DNA of 64,000 bases, taken from positions 7,844,741-7,908,740 of the forward strand of contig OZ037768.1 of the NCBI GenBank assembly GCA_964035545.1. Direction: 5' to 3'. Of this stretch, positions 1 to 12,438 are shown one piece after another; position 1 is the stretch's first letter; every line of letters begins with the position of its first letter. The position numbers and the translations under genes are program-made. Under the pieces are notes generated by a model that was not told where the DNA came from, did not search any database, and saw nothing but the letters and a program-made list of their open reading frames with translations. This stretch comes from Bugula neritina (lineage: Eukaryota > Animalia > Bryozoa).

Positions 1-3000
1 ACCAGTAGGTTCATCATAGGAGTGGCATGTTTACCGAGTAGAGTGGAAGACTTTCTCTTGCTAGCCATGTACAGGTGTGTGTGTAGTAACTTGACACAGG
101 TAAGAATAAACCTCTCATGATCACCACTAGTCTCAAAGGGCTAAACAGAAGTTGATAAGATAGTCGTTACTATTAGAATGTAGGACTGTTTCTGCTGCAC
201 ACAAAAGTATACAAAGCAGGAATGACAAAAATATAAATTAAAAAAGCAATAGTAAAATATCATGTTTGTAGAGCTGTGTTTAAAAGTATAAAATTAATGC
301 AAAAAGTTGAATTAGATAAATGATGTCGGCAATAATAGCAGCTTAAAATAATTTATTATGAACCTGCTGGGCAGTAAGGCTGACACCACATACACAGACA
401 TGAGCATACACAGACAAATAACCTCTCTGCATACCAATAAACTAGAAGATAAGAAACAGCACTGTTGAATACCTGTGGTAGGCTATTGTCAGAAAACCCT
501 TTAGAATAAGAATCTAGGAAAGAGAGAACAAGTTCAAAGGTTGTGGGATGCACATCTATACAGAAAGGTCTGTTCCAGTGAGAACTGTGGTTATCAGGTG
601 GGGGAGTCGTCCAGGCTATGCTGTGTGATGTACCAGTTGATATCTACATGTACAATAAACATATATTTAAAATGCACATATTAGTTACAGCTTTTAGTGA
701 AACAGCATGTAGTGTGGACTAACTAGAAATAAGTCTGTAACATTTCTAAAATATATTTATTTTCAACTAGTAAAATTTTATAAAAGTTTACAACAGAACC
801 TCCATCATTTTAAATTACAAGTATCATTTCAGATAGCAACACTCTGAGGTAGGTAGGTGCACTTCCCATGTACCTTGGCATAGAATCATAGCATGTAAAA
901 TTGTCTTCTTTAAAAAAAACACCTTCTCAACTTAAAAACTCACGCAAATTTATAGTCACCATCCCTGCGAGAAAACCCCTGATGGAAAGGGATTTGTGTT
1001 AAATCAGGCTAAGGACTTCTTTAGATGGGGCACAGGAGCTATTATGACTGGATGTTTTTCCTAACATCACCAATGGCTTTTACTGGGGTTCGAACCCATG
1101 ACTACAAGTTTACTAGGCAAAAGCTCTAACCCCCAGGCCATGGCTGCTTCAGGAACATATATTATAGTTTGATCTAGCAATACCAATTGTTTACTATTTA
1201 TAATCAAGATAATTCTGAATAAAAGAATACCTGGCATATAGGGATGCCGTGCAAGTGCTCGGCCGGAGTAGGTTTCAACACAGGACTCTGCGAGTGCCCC
1301 TGACCGCACTGTCCAAACACGTTGTTACCCCAGGCAAACACTTCGTGGTCTGTAATCAATTGATAAAATCTGGTTTCCAGCTTGTCATATAATATCTGCA
1401 CATTGCAAACTAGTAAAACGCGAGAGTAAATTCCTCAAGCAATATATTCAACTAAAGCAGACAACTCTTTGGCTGTTTTTACATGCATAAACCAAATGTC
1501 AGCATAAAATACAAATTTATTTCTTCTTTTTAGAAGTTTAGCATGTAAAAATTAATTTGAATGACAGGAGTATTTTGCGACCTTCACCACATTTCCATTT
1601 AGATTAGAATATTTATCAAAACCACCTTTCCCCATTATAGTTGTAATAGCTTTCGGAATTTGTTGCCTTTCAATATGCCCTGTATTAAATTAGATGTGTG
1701 TATATGTGAATGTATGCACATGTGTGTATGTGCATATGCATATGTGCATGTATGTGTACATATTGCACGTATATTATGTTATACACACCTATGTACGTAT
1801 ACCTATACATATGTGTGAAGGAAACGCTAATGAACATGAGGGTGAATACTCACTGTCCCGCACCACCAGAGCGTGGCTGTCTCCACAGGCTATGTCCACT
1901 ATTCTCATAGAGCTAAGGGATTCAACTAGGGTAGGCCTGAGGACATCTGCACTACCTGTTGACACACAAGTGTTGCCACCCCATGCATACACCTGCAGTC
2001 ACATGATAATCAGTGAATAGTGTAATCAACTACTAAACTAAAGCAAAGTTAATTGATATACAATATTATATATTAGTTTGTAGCTTCTAGCAATTTTAAA
2101 ACATAGGAGAGACGCATTAAACTCAGTGCATACTAATAGAAATATCCATAATATTCATATAATCATATATCCATAATACATATAAGCATAAATACATAAT
2201 ACATATACTCATAATCATATATACATATAATAATATATCCATAATATCTATACTCATATAATCATATATATATGCATATAATCATATATACATATAACCC
2301 TGTATACTATAATATATATATAATACATACATACATCTATACTATACTACATATAATCATATATAATGGACACTTACTAAGCCGGTAGAGGTCAAGGCAT
2401 ATGAACACTGGTTTCCACACACAATCTTCTTGACACATACACCAACCAACTGCTTTATGAGTTTAGGTCTGTATGCGCGAGCTGTGTCCCCGTGACCAAG
2501 TTTACCTGCAGCGCATGTAGCAATGTAATATAATGAACAGTTATTTAATTGGAGAAAATGTTAACATGATCTAGTGCAAAGCTATAACACAAATATGTAA
2601 TCATTATCTACAAAATATGATAAGTTTTGCAGGCGTTGTATTTGTATATTTAATTTTTCATACAAGTGACATGAAAATCTAGAATTTATACAGCAGCTCT
2701 GAATATAGAAACTATCAAATTTCATAGAGAGAAATTAACTCTTGAGTTAAAAAATAATATTCATACTAGTTTCATATTAGTTAACATCTTACAGTTCAAA
2801 CCAGTCCACGAAGGCATTTCTTTTCCCTATTTCAAACTTGAATTCCAAATGTACAAAAGCCCCTAGGCGCATTGCATTAGTCAAGCTAATAAAGAGCCGA
2901 CCAATAAAGAGCCAAGTAATAAAGTTAGGATACCCAAATTAGTATTCTGCTGACTAATCAGTGCCCTCTGCTAAATTCAGCAACTCTACACACTCACCAA

Positions 3001-6000
3001 ACATTGAATACATAAAAGCACACATTTACCGTGACTGCCATCTCCAAATGACCAAACAGCTGAGCCATCTTTTGCCAGCAACATTGTATGAGATGATCCA
3101 CAGGCAACCTGTCCAATGTTGTCAACATCCCTTACTAGACATGGCATATTTCTACAAAACATAAATAAACCAGCATGTTTCTCACCTATCTATAAACTCA
3201 CGCAAATTTATAGTCACTATCCCTGTGAGAAAACCCTGATGGAAGGGATTTTTGCTAAATCGGGCTAAGGACTTGTTTATATGAGGCACAGGAGCAATTA
3301 TGACTGGATGCTCTTCCTAACATCACCAATGGCCTTTTTCAAGGTTCAAACCCATGACTTCATGCTTACTAGGCAAACGCTTTAACCCCTATCCATACTC
3401 TATTCAGAACTCAAATTAACTCCTTTGCAGATGGCAGAATGCGTAGTACAAAAACATGTAAATCTGGCAAAACTAATTCTAGTGATAATGGAACCAAAAA
3501 CTACCTGCTGTGGTTGTCACCATGACCCAAGCGCCCATAGTCTCCCTCTCCCCAGGTATATATCTCTCCATCCTCTGTGACAGCTGCACTGTGTCTGTAC
3601 CCAGCTGAGACATGTGTCACCGTCTGTGCAAACACATGTGCGTATTCAATGTATAAATCTTATACACGCCGCCACAGACAAATTATGTATTCCGTAGGCA
3701 CATTGTCTACGTAGTTATAATAGCCACACAATACAGAATATAAAATTATAATCTTTACCAAGTTATCCAATGTTAGAAACTTTCACCGGACTAAGAATAA
3801 AAGTAAAAAGTTAACTGAAGTTTAAGAGTTGCTCTACTAAAAAACCCAATTTTATGGAATATCATTTAAGCATTAAAGAAAATATGTCAACCTTAAATAA
3901 CTCAACAGCTGGAAAGGCTAGTCCCTAACTACTATGATAAACTAGTTTAATACAGTTAGTGGTTAAAGTAACAAACTTTAGTAACAAATGTAACAAATGT
4001 AAGTAAAGTAACAAATGGCTACCTTTTCTGCTAAATAGCCCAAAACTCTTTTCGGTACTTTCTGAACAGAACTATTTCCATGGCCGAGTTTACCAAAGTC
4101 CCCATCACCCCAGGAATATAGTTCACCATCCTGAGTGACAGCGAGGGTGTGGCCATCAGATCCTTTAGAGGAGGATATCTATAACACAGTGTACTGAGTA
4201 TACAGGTATGGGTCATTTCACTTTATTTAGTACACACCAGTAACTTGAGACAAAAAAGTAAAATTGGGTCATAATTTATTGAATTTGCTATTTGGGGTAC
4301 TTTCATGCGCTGATTCCACCTATGTATAAGAAAAAAGGCTGGGGCAAGGTTCTGCAACACTAAAACCCTTATTTCTGACAAAAATTCAGTCGTACAGAAT
4401 GTGCAAGATATGTCATAATGGTAAACGCATTGTATATGAATGCATCAGGAACATTACTATGAGTAGAATGTAGCACTAACTATGTAGAACGTTATGATAG
4501 TAATAAAAACAAACTAGTAAGGTAGAACAACCCCAATAACATAATTAATCAAAATATACCAACAGGTGTAACAAAGAGATCAACAGTATAGCATTACCAT
4601 CCTAATCTTTATGTTCTCCGACTCAGAGCCAAACCGAACTCTCTGAGGGACGTTGTGATTGGTGGAGTCACCAAGACCTAGTCTGCCATAACTTCCTCTG
4701 CCCATAGCGTACAGCTGTCCACCAGACAGTATGAAGAATGTGCAGTATTGTCCAGCTTCACACTACAAAAGTGTCTTGTCTGAGCACATGTGCTGCTAGT
4801 TGCAGTTCACAAAACACACACGCACGCGCCCGCACACACATACAGACACGCACACAGACACAGACACACACATACAGACACATGCACATACAGACACGCA
4901 CAAACACACACACATACAGACACAGACATACACGCGCGTATGAACACATGTACATTTATACACACACGCACATGGACACATACACTTATACAGGCACACA
5001 TCAGTATGGACATGTAATACAGAAAGCAAAGATATTATCGTTCTAAACTACAAGCCATAAGTGTGATTTGTATGGTACACTGTAGGCTCTACACACCATA
5101 CCGCTATATTGATCATATATCATTATAATCAGACCTAACATATGCCTTTTGATTTCACTTATCAAATTCGTATACAAAGTCGTACCTGATCAACTTTTTC
5201 ATTAAACTGGGGAATTCCAATCGGCTCCAAATACTTTTCGATAGTACTTCGTGTGATCTGCCCACTAGAGTTACTTCCCCATGAATATACTTCAACAGGG
5301 TTTGCATTTTTAAGCCAATCAAAGCTTCCAACAGGGTACTAAAACAAATTCATATGCTATCTGTTACAAAACATTAAATATTATTTCTTTTATGAAATAA
5401 AACAAATTGCACACTGATGGTGCAACAAAAAGCCTACTTGCTTTTACAAGCTGGACATGTCTCCAGATATACCCTATAATATTATCTACATATATGATAT
5501 ATAATATAGTAGCTATTACTACTACCTACATATATGATATATAATATAGCAGCTGGTAATACTACCTGCATATATGACATATAACATAGTAGTTGGTACC
5601 TACATACATGATATATATAATATAGTAGCTGGTACTACTACCACGCTAATACATTTACAGCAAATCATTAACTCTTAACCAGAAGGATACCTGAGAGCAG
5701 AGTTGTCCGAGAGAGCAGAGTTCAACCAGCAGAGCCATGGCCACTTTATCCAGTGGAATGAGCTCCTCTCCATCTGGACAGTTCTCACTCACAGTTGAGG
5801 CATTCTAGAAGCAAACGGTGGTAGAATATTGAGTCTGACGAATATCATTAGCAGCCCAACTCTCTTACAGCCCATTTTTGACCAAATTGCATATACAGGG
5901 TAAGATTGCTCACTTTTTTAGAAACTTTATTCTGGCATCTAAGAAACTAGTGATTATATTTAGTCTAATGACCCAATGGAAGTATAAAGCTCAGAGTGCG

Positions 6001-9000
6001 GTCGACTTATAAATAGCTCAATGCAGTTTTCAAACTATCATTTATTTGAAAAAAACCTCAAAACAGATTATGTTAATATTTGACTACTACAAACTTCAAC
6101 ACTATGAAATACTGTATTGAAGATACACCTTTCCCACGCATGTTCAAAAAATAACATATGTAACATAAATTACCATTGCTTCTCTTAAAATGGCTATTGT
6201 GTCGTTGATGACTGATTTGGGCAGCATGATGACTCGAGTCTTCGCTGCCTTGCAAGCAGATGCTGACAATAAAGACTGCTCTACCCATTTCAATAAATAC
6301 CTTCAATCATTCATGCATGCAATTTAAATATTAACATGGTAAGATGCACACAAGCAAAATATTTATCTAAAACAAAAAAAGTATTGCATAAGAAATGATC
6401 TACACTACTTTTTAGAAAACTAACTAGGTAATTCAATCATTTTTAATCAGTAGCATATCTGATCATTAATTTATTTGAATAGATTAAATACAATACTATA
6501 ATAGAACAAAACCTTTGCGGCAACTCAAGAATTAAATTATTTCGAAAGCTAAAAGTTATTGAAGTTAACAATAACTGCTGTAGTGTATTTTATACTCAAT
6601 TTTATAGTCACACAACAACTAAACTATCAAATTAACCAGCAGGAATAAAAGTATTGGCTAATTTGTAACATGCTCCAATGTTTAACAGAGTACCAATTGT
6701 AAGTGTACCACATAAAACCTCTTTAAATGTGCCTAAGGTCTAATCAAATTACATCAAATTTGAGCAATTGCTAGAAACACACTATGAAAAACTATATATT
6801 ATATATGAGTGATTAATTTAAACTTAGTAAACTAAGCTCTAGTCTCTTTTCAATCAAAATTCTACTGAATTAATTTACTTGATCAATTAGTAAATATGTT
6901 AAAAAATTAAGACTTAGTAGAACCCACCAGATAGACAATTTGTGATTTCATCAAATGGAAATGCATTTCCTACAGTGATTTCATCATTTCACAGCCAAAC
7001 ATAAACAAAATGAAAAAGTTTTGCTTAACTGTTGAGATATTTTTAGATCTTCATATAAGGACAAGATCGAATGCGAAAGAAATATAGCCATGTATACAGT
7101 AGAGGCATTACAGAACATGCAGCAGTGGTTACCTGAGTGAACCAAGTTGACAGGAGATAGCCAGTAAGACCTGAGAAGCTAGCTGTTTACCCTCATCATC
7201 AGCAGGGCATGATGGCATGGTAACTTCACCCAGGAACTGACATACCTAATCATGTATAGTAATACAACCTTGTAATTATAGGGATAGAATCATAATAAAG
7301 AGCAATACAGTTATTATCAGTCATCTAAATGTTTATTCAGAAGTTGCATAATATATGAGATTATAACTTGTGGTGACAAATATATCATTATGTAACAGCC
7401 TGACTTAGACTTTGTAATTCAAGATCTTGCATTATATACCAAGAGACAATTAGCATAAAGGAAAGTGACACACCAACGATTTAGTCACTAAAAAACAAGG
7501 TAAGTGCAATATCAGGAAATTAAAAAAAGCCTGTGTTCTAAATAAAATGAAAAATGAAAAGCTTGGGGAACTGAAATCTCTCTGTTACTGTACCTAAATG
7601 AAATAAACATGAAGGACTTTATTCACCTGTTGCAATGAATCTAAGCCTAGACCTTCAAGTTTTTGAACACCAGCTAAAGACATGGCTGGTAAAGACTTCA
7701 GTGTACTGAGAGCAGTCTTTAGCACTTGATTTGATAGCATAACTGATGGTGACTGGGAAGCACTACAATGCATTGCATATTGACAACCAACACTTATCAG
7801 CGATTCCATTTCAAGTTAGCTGTAAAGACATTGGTTGACACAACAGTTCAAGACAAAACAATTACCATGCCACTGCTTGAAAAGTTACATCAACAGAAGA
7901 CTCACATACCTTGAAACAGCCCAGTTTTGTAAAAGTAAAGTGAAGACCAGCTGAATCCCTGTTCTAACCGCAACTTCAATTAAAGCATTGTTACTACTAG
8001 CAAGTCTAAGACTCTTGTCTGAAGTCACTTTCGTCTCCTCATCAGTACAAAACTCAGCTGATGGAGTCTGCAGGTACAAATGCATAAAATTATGAACTTC
8101 CAACAAAACACTGTGGCAATTTAATATGTTCAACTATATTAAAATAAAAATACTATGATTACATTAAAACAAAAACAAATGCAGTTACGATAAAATTTTC
8201 GATACATTTTAAATGTAAATTCAAATGCATCAATACATTTATAACGCATCACTTGTTGAATACCAATCCCTTATGTTATTGCAAGAGTTGATAATCTAAG
8301 AAGAAGCTTGTGCCAGATTAACGTAAGAGAATTCAGGAATAAAGTGAAACCTGCACTTGGTGCTTGACATGGAAGCGTCTAGACATAGCTGTGAGGATTC
8401 TATGGATTATAATCACTCTTTTCTGTAGAATTGTACAGAAAGCGGATTCACTGCATACAGCTCTACAAATTCAACCAAAACAAAAATAGCCACTAAGATT
8501 AACCAACTAGTTGGTGAATGTGCTATTAAACACACTAAGTCCTAATAGTCATCAAGAAATAGCATTTTAAAGTACTTTAATACATCTAAACAACTGTTGC
8601 GAATAAAAGAAAGGATATGCTATATTTATCTTCTGCAATGATAGTAGACCAAAACATTTTAATAAACAAGCTTGAGGTATAACAATAAACTATATTTTGC
8701 AATAGAATAAGTAGGCCGTTATTAGTGTTTACTCCTATAATGTCGATATTTACAGACTTTAAAAACAGAATCAAGAACACTTTAAAGTTTCACAACCTTT
8801 TCATTGAATAATCATCATATTTATTGTTTATTTTCTGAATTGCTACCAACAACAAAAATCAAAGAATGGAAGAAAATACAAGACTCAATGCAAAGTATGA
8901 GTTTCATCAGAATAAATATAGTTTTTTCATCTGCCCCTTCCTAGTAGAACATAATATTTCTAATATTATAACCTACTTGCCAACTTACATTCATAAGATC

Positions 9001-9394
9001 TAAGGCTGAGCTACTGACCTTGCTAGTGAGAGTTGGTTGGTTTGTAAATCATTGAGAAAAGCAATCTGTTCATCAAGGGAGATAGAACCCCCCTCAAACT
9101 CTGGGGTAAGTGGACCTCGGATATTCACAGCCTGACCACAAACAACATAAACAAGTCTGGTCATCAAAACACATACATTTAATGATCATAACAACCTGCT
9201 AGAAAAAATGCTCAAATTGATTTTCCTTTAAATCATTTACATACGGCATCAGGCAAGCATATAACTTCTTTCTCTCTCAGCAGCTTCACATACAGCTTGT
9301 AGACATCACCACTGTTGCACAGTGCTGCACAGTGAGAATCGTCTGTCCACGAGACATTCAACCCATCTTGGAACTTCAACTTCAAAGTGCTCAT
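1..9394 (-). CDS. HERC1: HERC1-type giant E3 ubiquitin ligase, 5' part (N-terminus and first RCC1-like domain, ~811 codons); gene continues beyond position 1
   Basis: Phase-consistent GT-AG exons in transcript order: 9394-9245, 9131-9019, 8462-8351, 8067-7910, 7762-7627, 7245-7133, 6300-6174, 5804-5691, 5338-5186, 4762-4598, 4178-4023, 3623-3505, 3151-3030, 2505-2378, 1992-1854, 1349-1231, 643-473, 140-1. The translation ([16 protein letters not shown]..., [105 protein letters not shown]) is co-linear with the HERC1 N-terminus and RLD1 as I recall them. Confidence 0.95.
937..1147 (-). mobile_element. tRNA-derived SINE, copy 1 (in HERC1 intron)
   Basis: Minus strand starts GCAGCCATGGCCTGGGGGTTAGAGC...GGGTTCGAACCCC (A-box-like and B-box), followed by a body shared with 3195-3396. 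Confidence 0.75.
1694..1816. repeat. Degenerate (TG/TA)n microsatellite
   Basis: atgtgtgtatatgtgaatgtatgcacatgtgtgtatg...; generates spurious ORFs. Confidence 0.8.
2143..2366. repeat. Low-complexity CATA/TAAT tandem repeat
   Basis: Repeated atccataatacatata/catataatcatata units. Confidence 0.75.
3195..3396 (-). mobile_element. tRNA-derived SINE, copy 2 (in HERC1 intron)
   Basis: Aligns over ~200 nt with 937-1147 (AACTCACGCAAATTTATAGTCAC...CCTAACATCACCAATGGC...); head more decayed (B-box GGTTTGAACC). Confidence 0.7.
4813..4990. repeat. Degenerate (CA)n microsatellite
   Basis: acacacacgcacgcgcccgcacacacatacagacacg...; explains the five overlapping ORFs at 4738-5046. Confidence 0.9.
5465..5642. 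repeat. ~38-bp minisatellite, about 4 copies
   Basis: Unit approximately tacctacatatatgatatataatatagtagctggtac. Confidence 0.75.
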
Positions 9395-10022
9395 TTTTGC
9401 TAAAGAAAAATACAAAAATTGTTGAGCTTTAATTAAGAACTAAATTTATAAACATACTTAAAATAACGAACAGCACTACATGATGAGATAATTTTGAAAA
9501 TACACAGCACTTTAAAATATTCAATCAGCAACTTATAGTGTAAACAAGCCACACAATAAATTAAATGAAAAATAGTGTAAAATCTAAGAAAAAAAGACAA
9601 TTTCTTTGTTTATAAAGTAGAATAAAGATAAACTCTAATAAAACTAACCAAGTATTACCCTGGAAATGGCTATTATGCTGTATGACTAAAATGTGGTCAT
9701 TTTATGAAAAATCCATATTGTTTTTGTATCAAATATAATTGTAAAAACTTTCGACTTATTGAATATTTTTTACCTCATACTATTTTTATTAACCATTCAA
9801 TAATCTTGATACAGAGAATATCCATTCAAACCTTCCCATAATGCATTCACATTAAAAATTTAGATGTTTGTAATTTAAGTGAAGTAGGTAGAGGGAATGT
9901 GGAAATAGTGTAAACTAAATGTATTCACCCATTTGATCTTTTTATTTATTTTAAATTAAAATATTTGAATTAGTCAGTATGTTATTCCAGTTTGGCTTAA
10001 ACTCATTTCCTTTGAAACTCAC

Positions 10023-10140
10023 CGAGCTTTTATTGAGATCCAACACGGGACTGACAGTTGAGTAACAACTTCTCAAAAACTCCATAAACTATAACATTAC
10101 CAGGTGAAGAGTAGGTAGAAGGAAATATTTAATGTCATTG
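10023..10140 (-). other. Putative 5'UTR exon of HERC1
   Basis: Minus-strand acceptor ctatttgcag before 10140 and strong donor TCG/gtgagt after 10023. The ATG exon starts at an acceptor (9399), so an upstream exon is required. Confidence 0.55.
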
Positions 10141-11199
10141 CTGCAAATAGCAGATGAAATGAGAAAAAATTATTTGTAAACTAATTTTTTATTTAAAAAT
10201 AAGATTTAATGAAGTAAAAATCCGTATTTGGTGAAAGGTGAAAGGCGTGTAAGCTAGTTTAAATGGCTAAACAAATACAATACTACCACAAAATTAATTT
10301 TTTACCTAGTCTTATCAATGTAAATCTCAAGTGTTCAATAAAAACTACAGTAAAACATTTTTTACATTTGTACCTATTACATTATATTATAATTAATTAC
10401 TCTGTTGTGCTAGTAATTTTGGTCTACTAGTAATACTAATAGTCTTAATAACACTTATACTCTTCTTCCACTGATTTTATCTTTTAAGCCAGTTTATACA
10501 TCAATTTACAATTGTGCAACGTAAAACTGTAAAGTGTTCTCCAAGTCACAGCAACAGCTGAGAATGACATCGAGTATCAGTATGACAGATACTCATACAT
10601 TTCTTATTTGAGATATAACATAAGCCAAACTTTAAAGCCACGTATATTAAGTTGAATTTAAGCCATATTATTATTTATTAACTATTGAGTGACACGGATT
10701 AATATTTAGTTCTACATTAAAAATTAATTCTAAAAATAAATTACACATAAATATTGTGATTCTGAGTACCATTATGACAGTGATTATACAACGATATTGG
10801 GTAGGAGCATGAGTACGCCAGTACGAATACTACTAGTAGTCTAGTACTAATATTAATGAGTAATATTTGTAGTCATTCTCATACTCATATTGGTATAATC
10901 ATAATGATTATTATTTTAATGATATTATAAGTATTACTATTACCAACTCTAAAATTCAAACTAAATCTAAATATACTAAAAATACATTTCAAGTTTATGT
11001 TCTTGCTAATTCTTTTCCAGGAGTTTGAGTCAAACTCAAAGCCTTTACAGTTACTTAAGTCAAAGTTTCACTTTCACTGTTTCAGACTTCAGTTTGACTT
11101 AAACTAAAACTTCAAGTTTGAAATTTTAATTTGAACTTGAAGTTGAGCAAAGTTGAAAATAAGCTTAATGCAAAACAAAAACAACTGGTCACGTTACTG

Positions 11200-11700
11200 C
11201 AATTTGATGTGAGTTGCTGTTAAAATGCAAAGCGTTTTTACAGCTATGATATCAAGTTCCAGAGTTTTAGCTACTGATAATTATACAAAGCTGCGATATT
11301 GCAATAATAGCGGAATTGCTGACAAAAGAAATTACACTAATCGCTGTAATAAAAATTTAACCAGGATATTAGAGAAACATTTTTGATGCGCTCAGCAAGT
11401 CATATTTTATTATATTATCTGCGTTCTAATGAGTGTTTTTGGAGAACGAAGACTAATATAAAGGAACATCAAAACAATTCTTGCAACAAAAACGGTTGAT
11501 TTTCTCCTGGCGCTGAGTAATACTAATACAAATAGTAATAGGCATAGCAATAGTAAAATATCTGCGAAGCTTACGCAAAATCAACAGTGGCCGTCGTGTA
11601 GCTCATGTTTAATGCCAGTGAATTTGATTGTCTGATAGTGAATCAGTTACAGCAATGTAACTGCCTAATTTTCACTAAATTTACTCTGCTTTGCCTTTTG
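11200..11700. promoter_or_regulatory. Probable bidirectional promoter region for HERC1 and TBCCD1
   Basis: Head-to-head genes; locally more CpG-containing stretch flanked on both sides by triplet-periodic tracts. TSS positions not determinable from sequence. Confidence 0.45.
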
Positions 11701-12271
11701 CTATCATCATCATCATCATCATCATGGTCGTAATTTTATCATAATGATAATGATATTGTAATTGATAATATAAATATTTAATGATCGATCATAGTCATTA
11801 GTGATTATGATGATGATAATAATCAAGTCCTACAAGTATAAGACTAAGTATAAGTATAACTCAAACTGTAAGTGTAAGTCACTTATAGTTATACTTATAG
11901 TTAATGTTATATTTTAAATTTGAAGTTAATAAGATTGTGAAATATAAAATAAAATGTAATGGCTAATGACTCTTGACATTTTTTAGTAGCTAAATCTAAT
12001 AGTAATAGTAATAGGTATAGTTATAGACTTATATTTATAGTTATACTTTTACTTATAGTAAAACTATTAATGTTTTGTGCTTATTTCCAGATGTTAATGG
12101 GCTACCTCAACAGTGTATATGATTATATTAGCATACTCAACACTGATGTCAGTAATAATATAGTATTAATATAGCTAGGGCATTCTTGATTCCATATGGT
12201 TGTTAAAAATTGTTTAATTTTTCTCTTTTCGAATAAAGCAATTTGTGCTGTAACTTATTAGTTATATCCTA

Positions 12272-12349
12272 CAAAATTTCAAGTGCTTTTGCTTCTCATA
12301 AAACATGGATGGCCATGTTTTATGAGAAGCAAAAGCACTTGAAATTTTG
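12272..12349. repeat. Perfect 37-bp inverted repeat with 4-nt loop
   Basis: 12272-12308 caaaatttcaagtgcttttgcttctcataaaacatgg is the exact reverse complement of 12313-12349. Confidence 0.95.
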
Positions 12350-12438
12350 GCCATGTTTTACTTCAACAAACACTTTCTATAGTCGATGTTTTTGCTTTTA
12401 GCTACTTATGTAAATCATTATTTGTAGCCATACTCAGG

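Noticed and set aside
4738-5046. Five overlapping His/Thr- or Cys/Val-rich ORFs
   Set aside because: Translations of a (CA)n microsatellite in a HERC1 intron; the ORFs at 1694-2020 have a similar origin plus antisense overlap with an exon.
5339-5690. HERC1 intron with U12-like donor GTATCCTT
   Set aside because: No TCCTTAAC branch site near the acceptor, CAG precedes the donor and the intron is phase 0; more likely an ordinary U2 intron.
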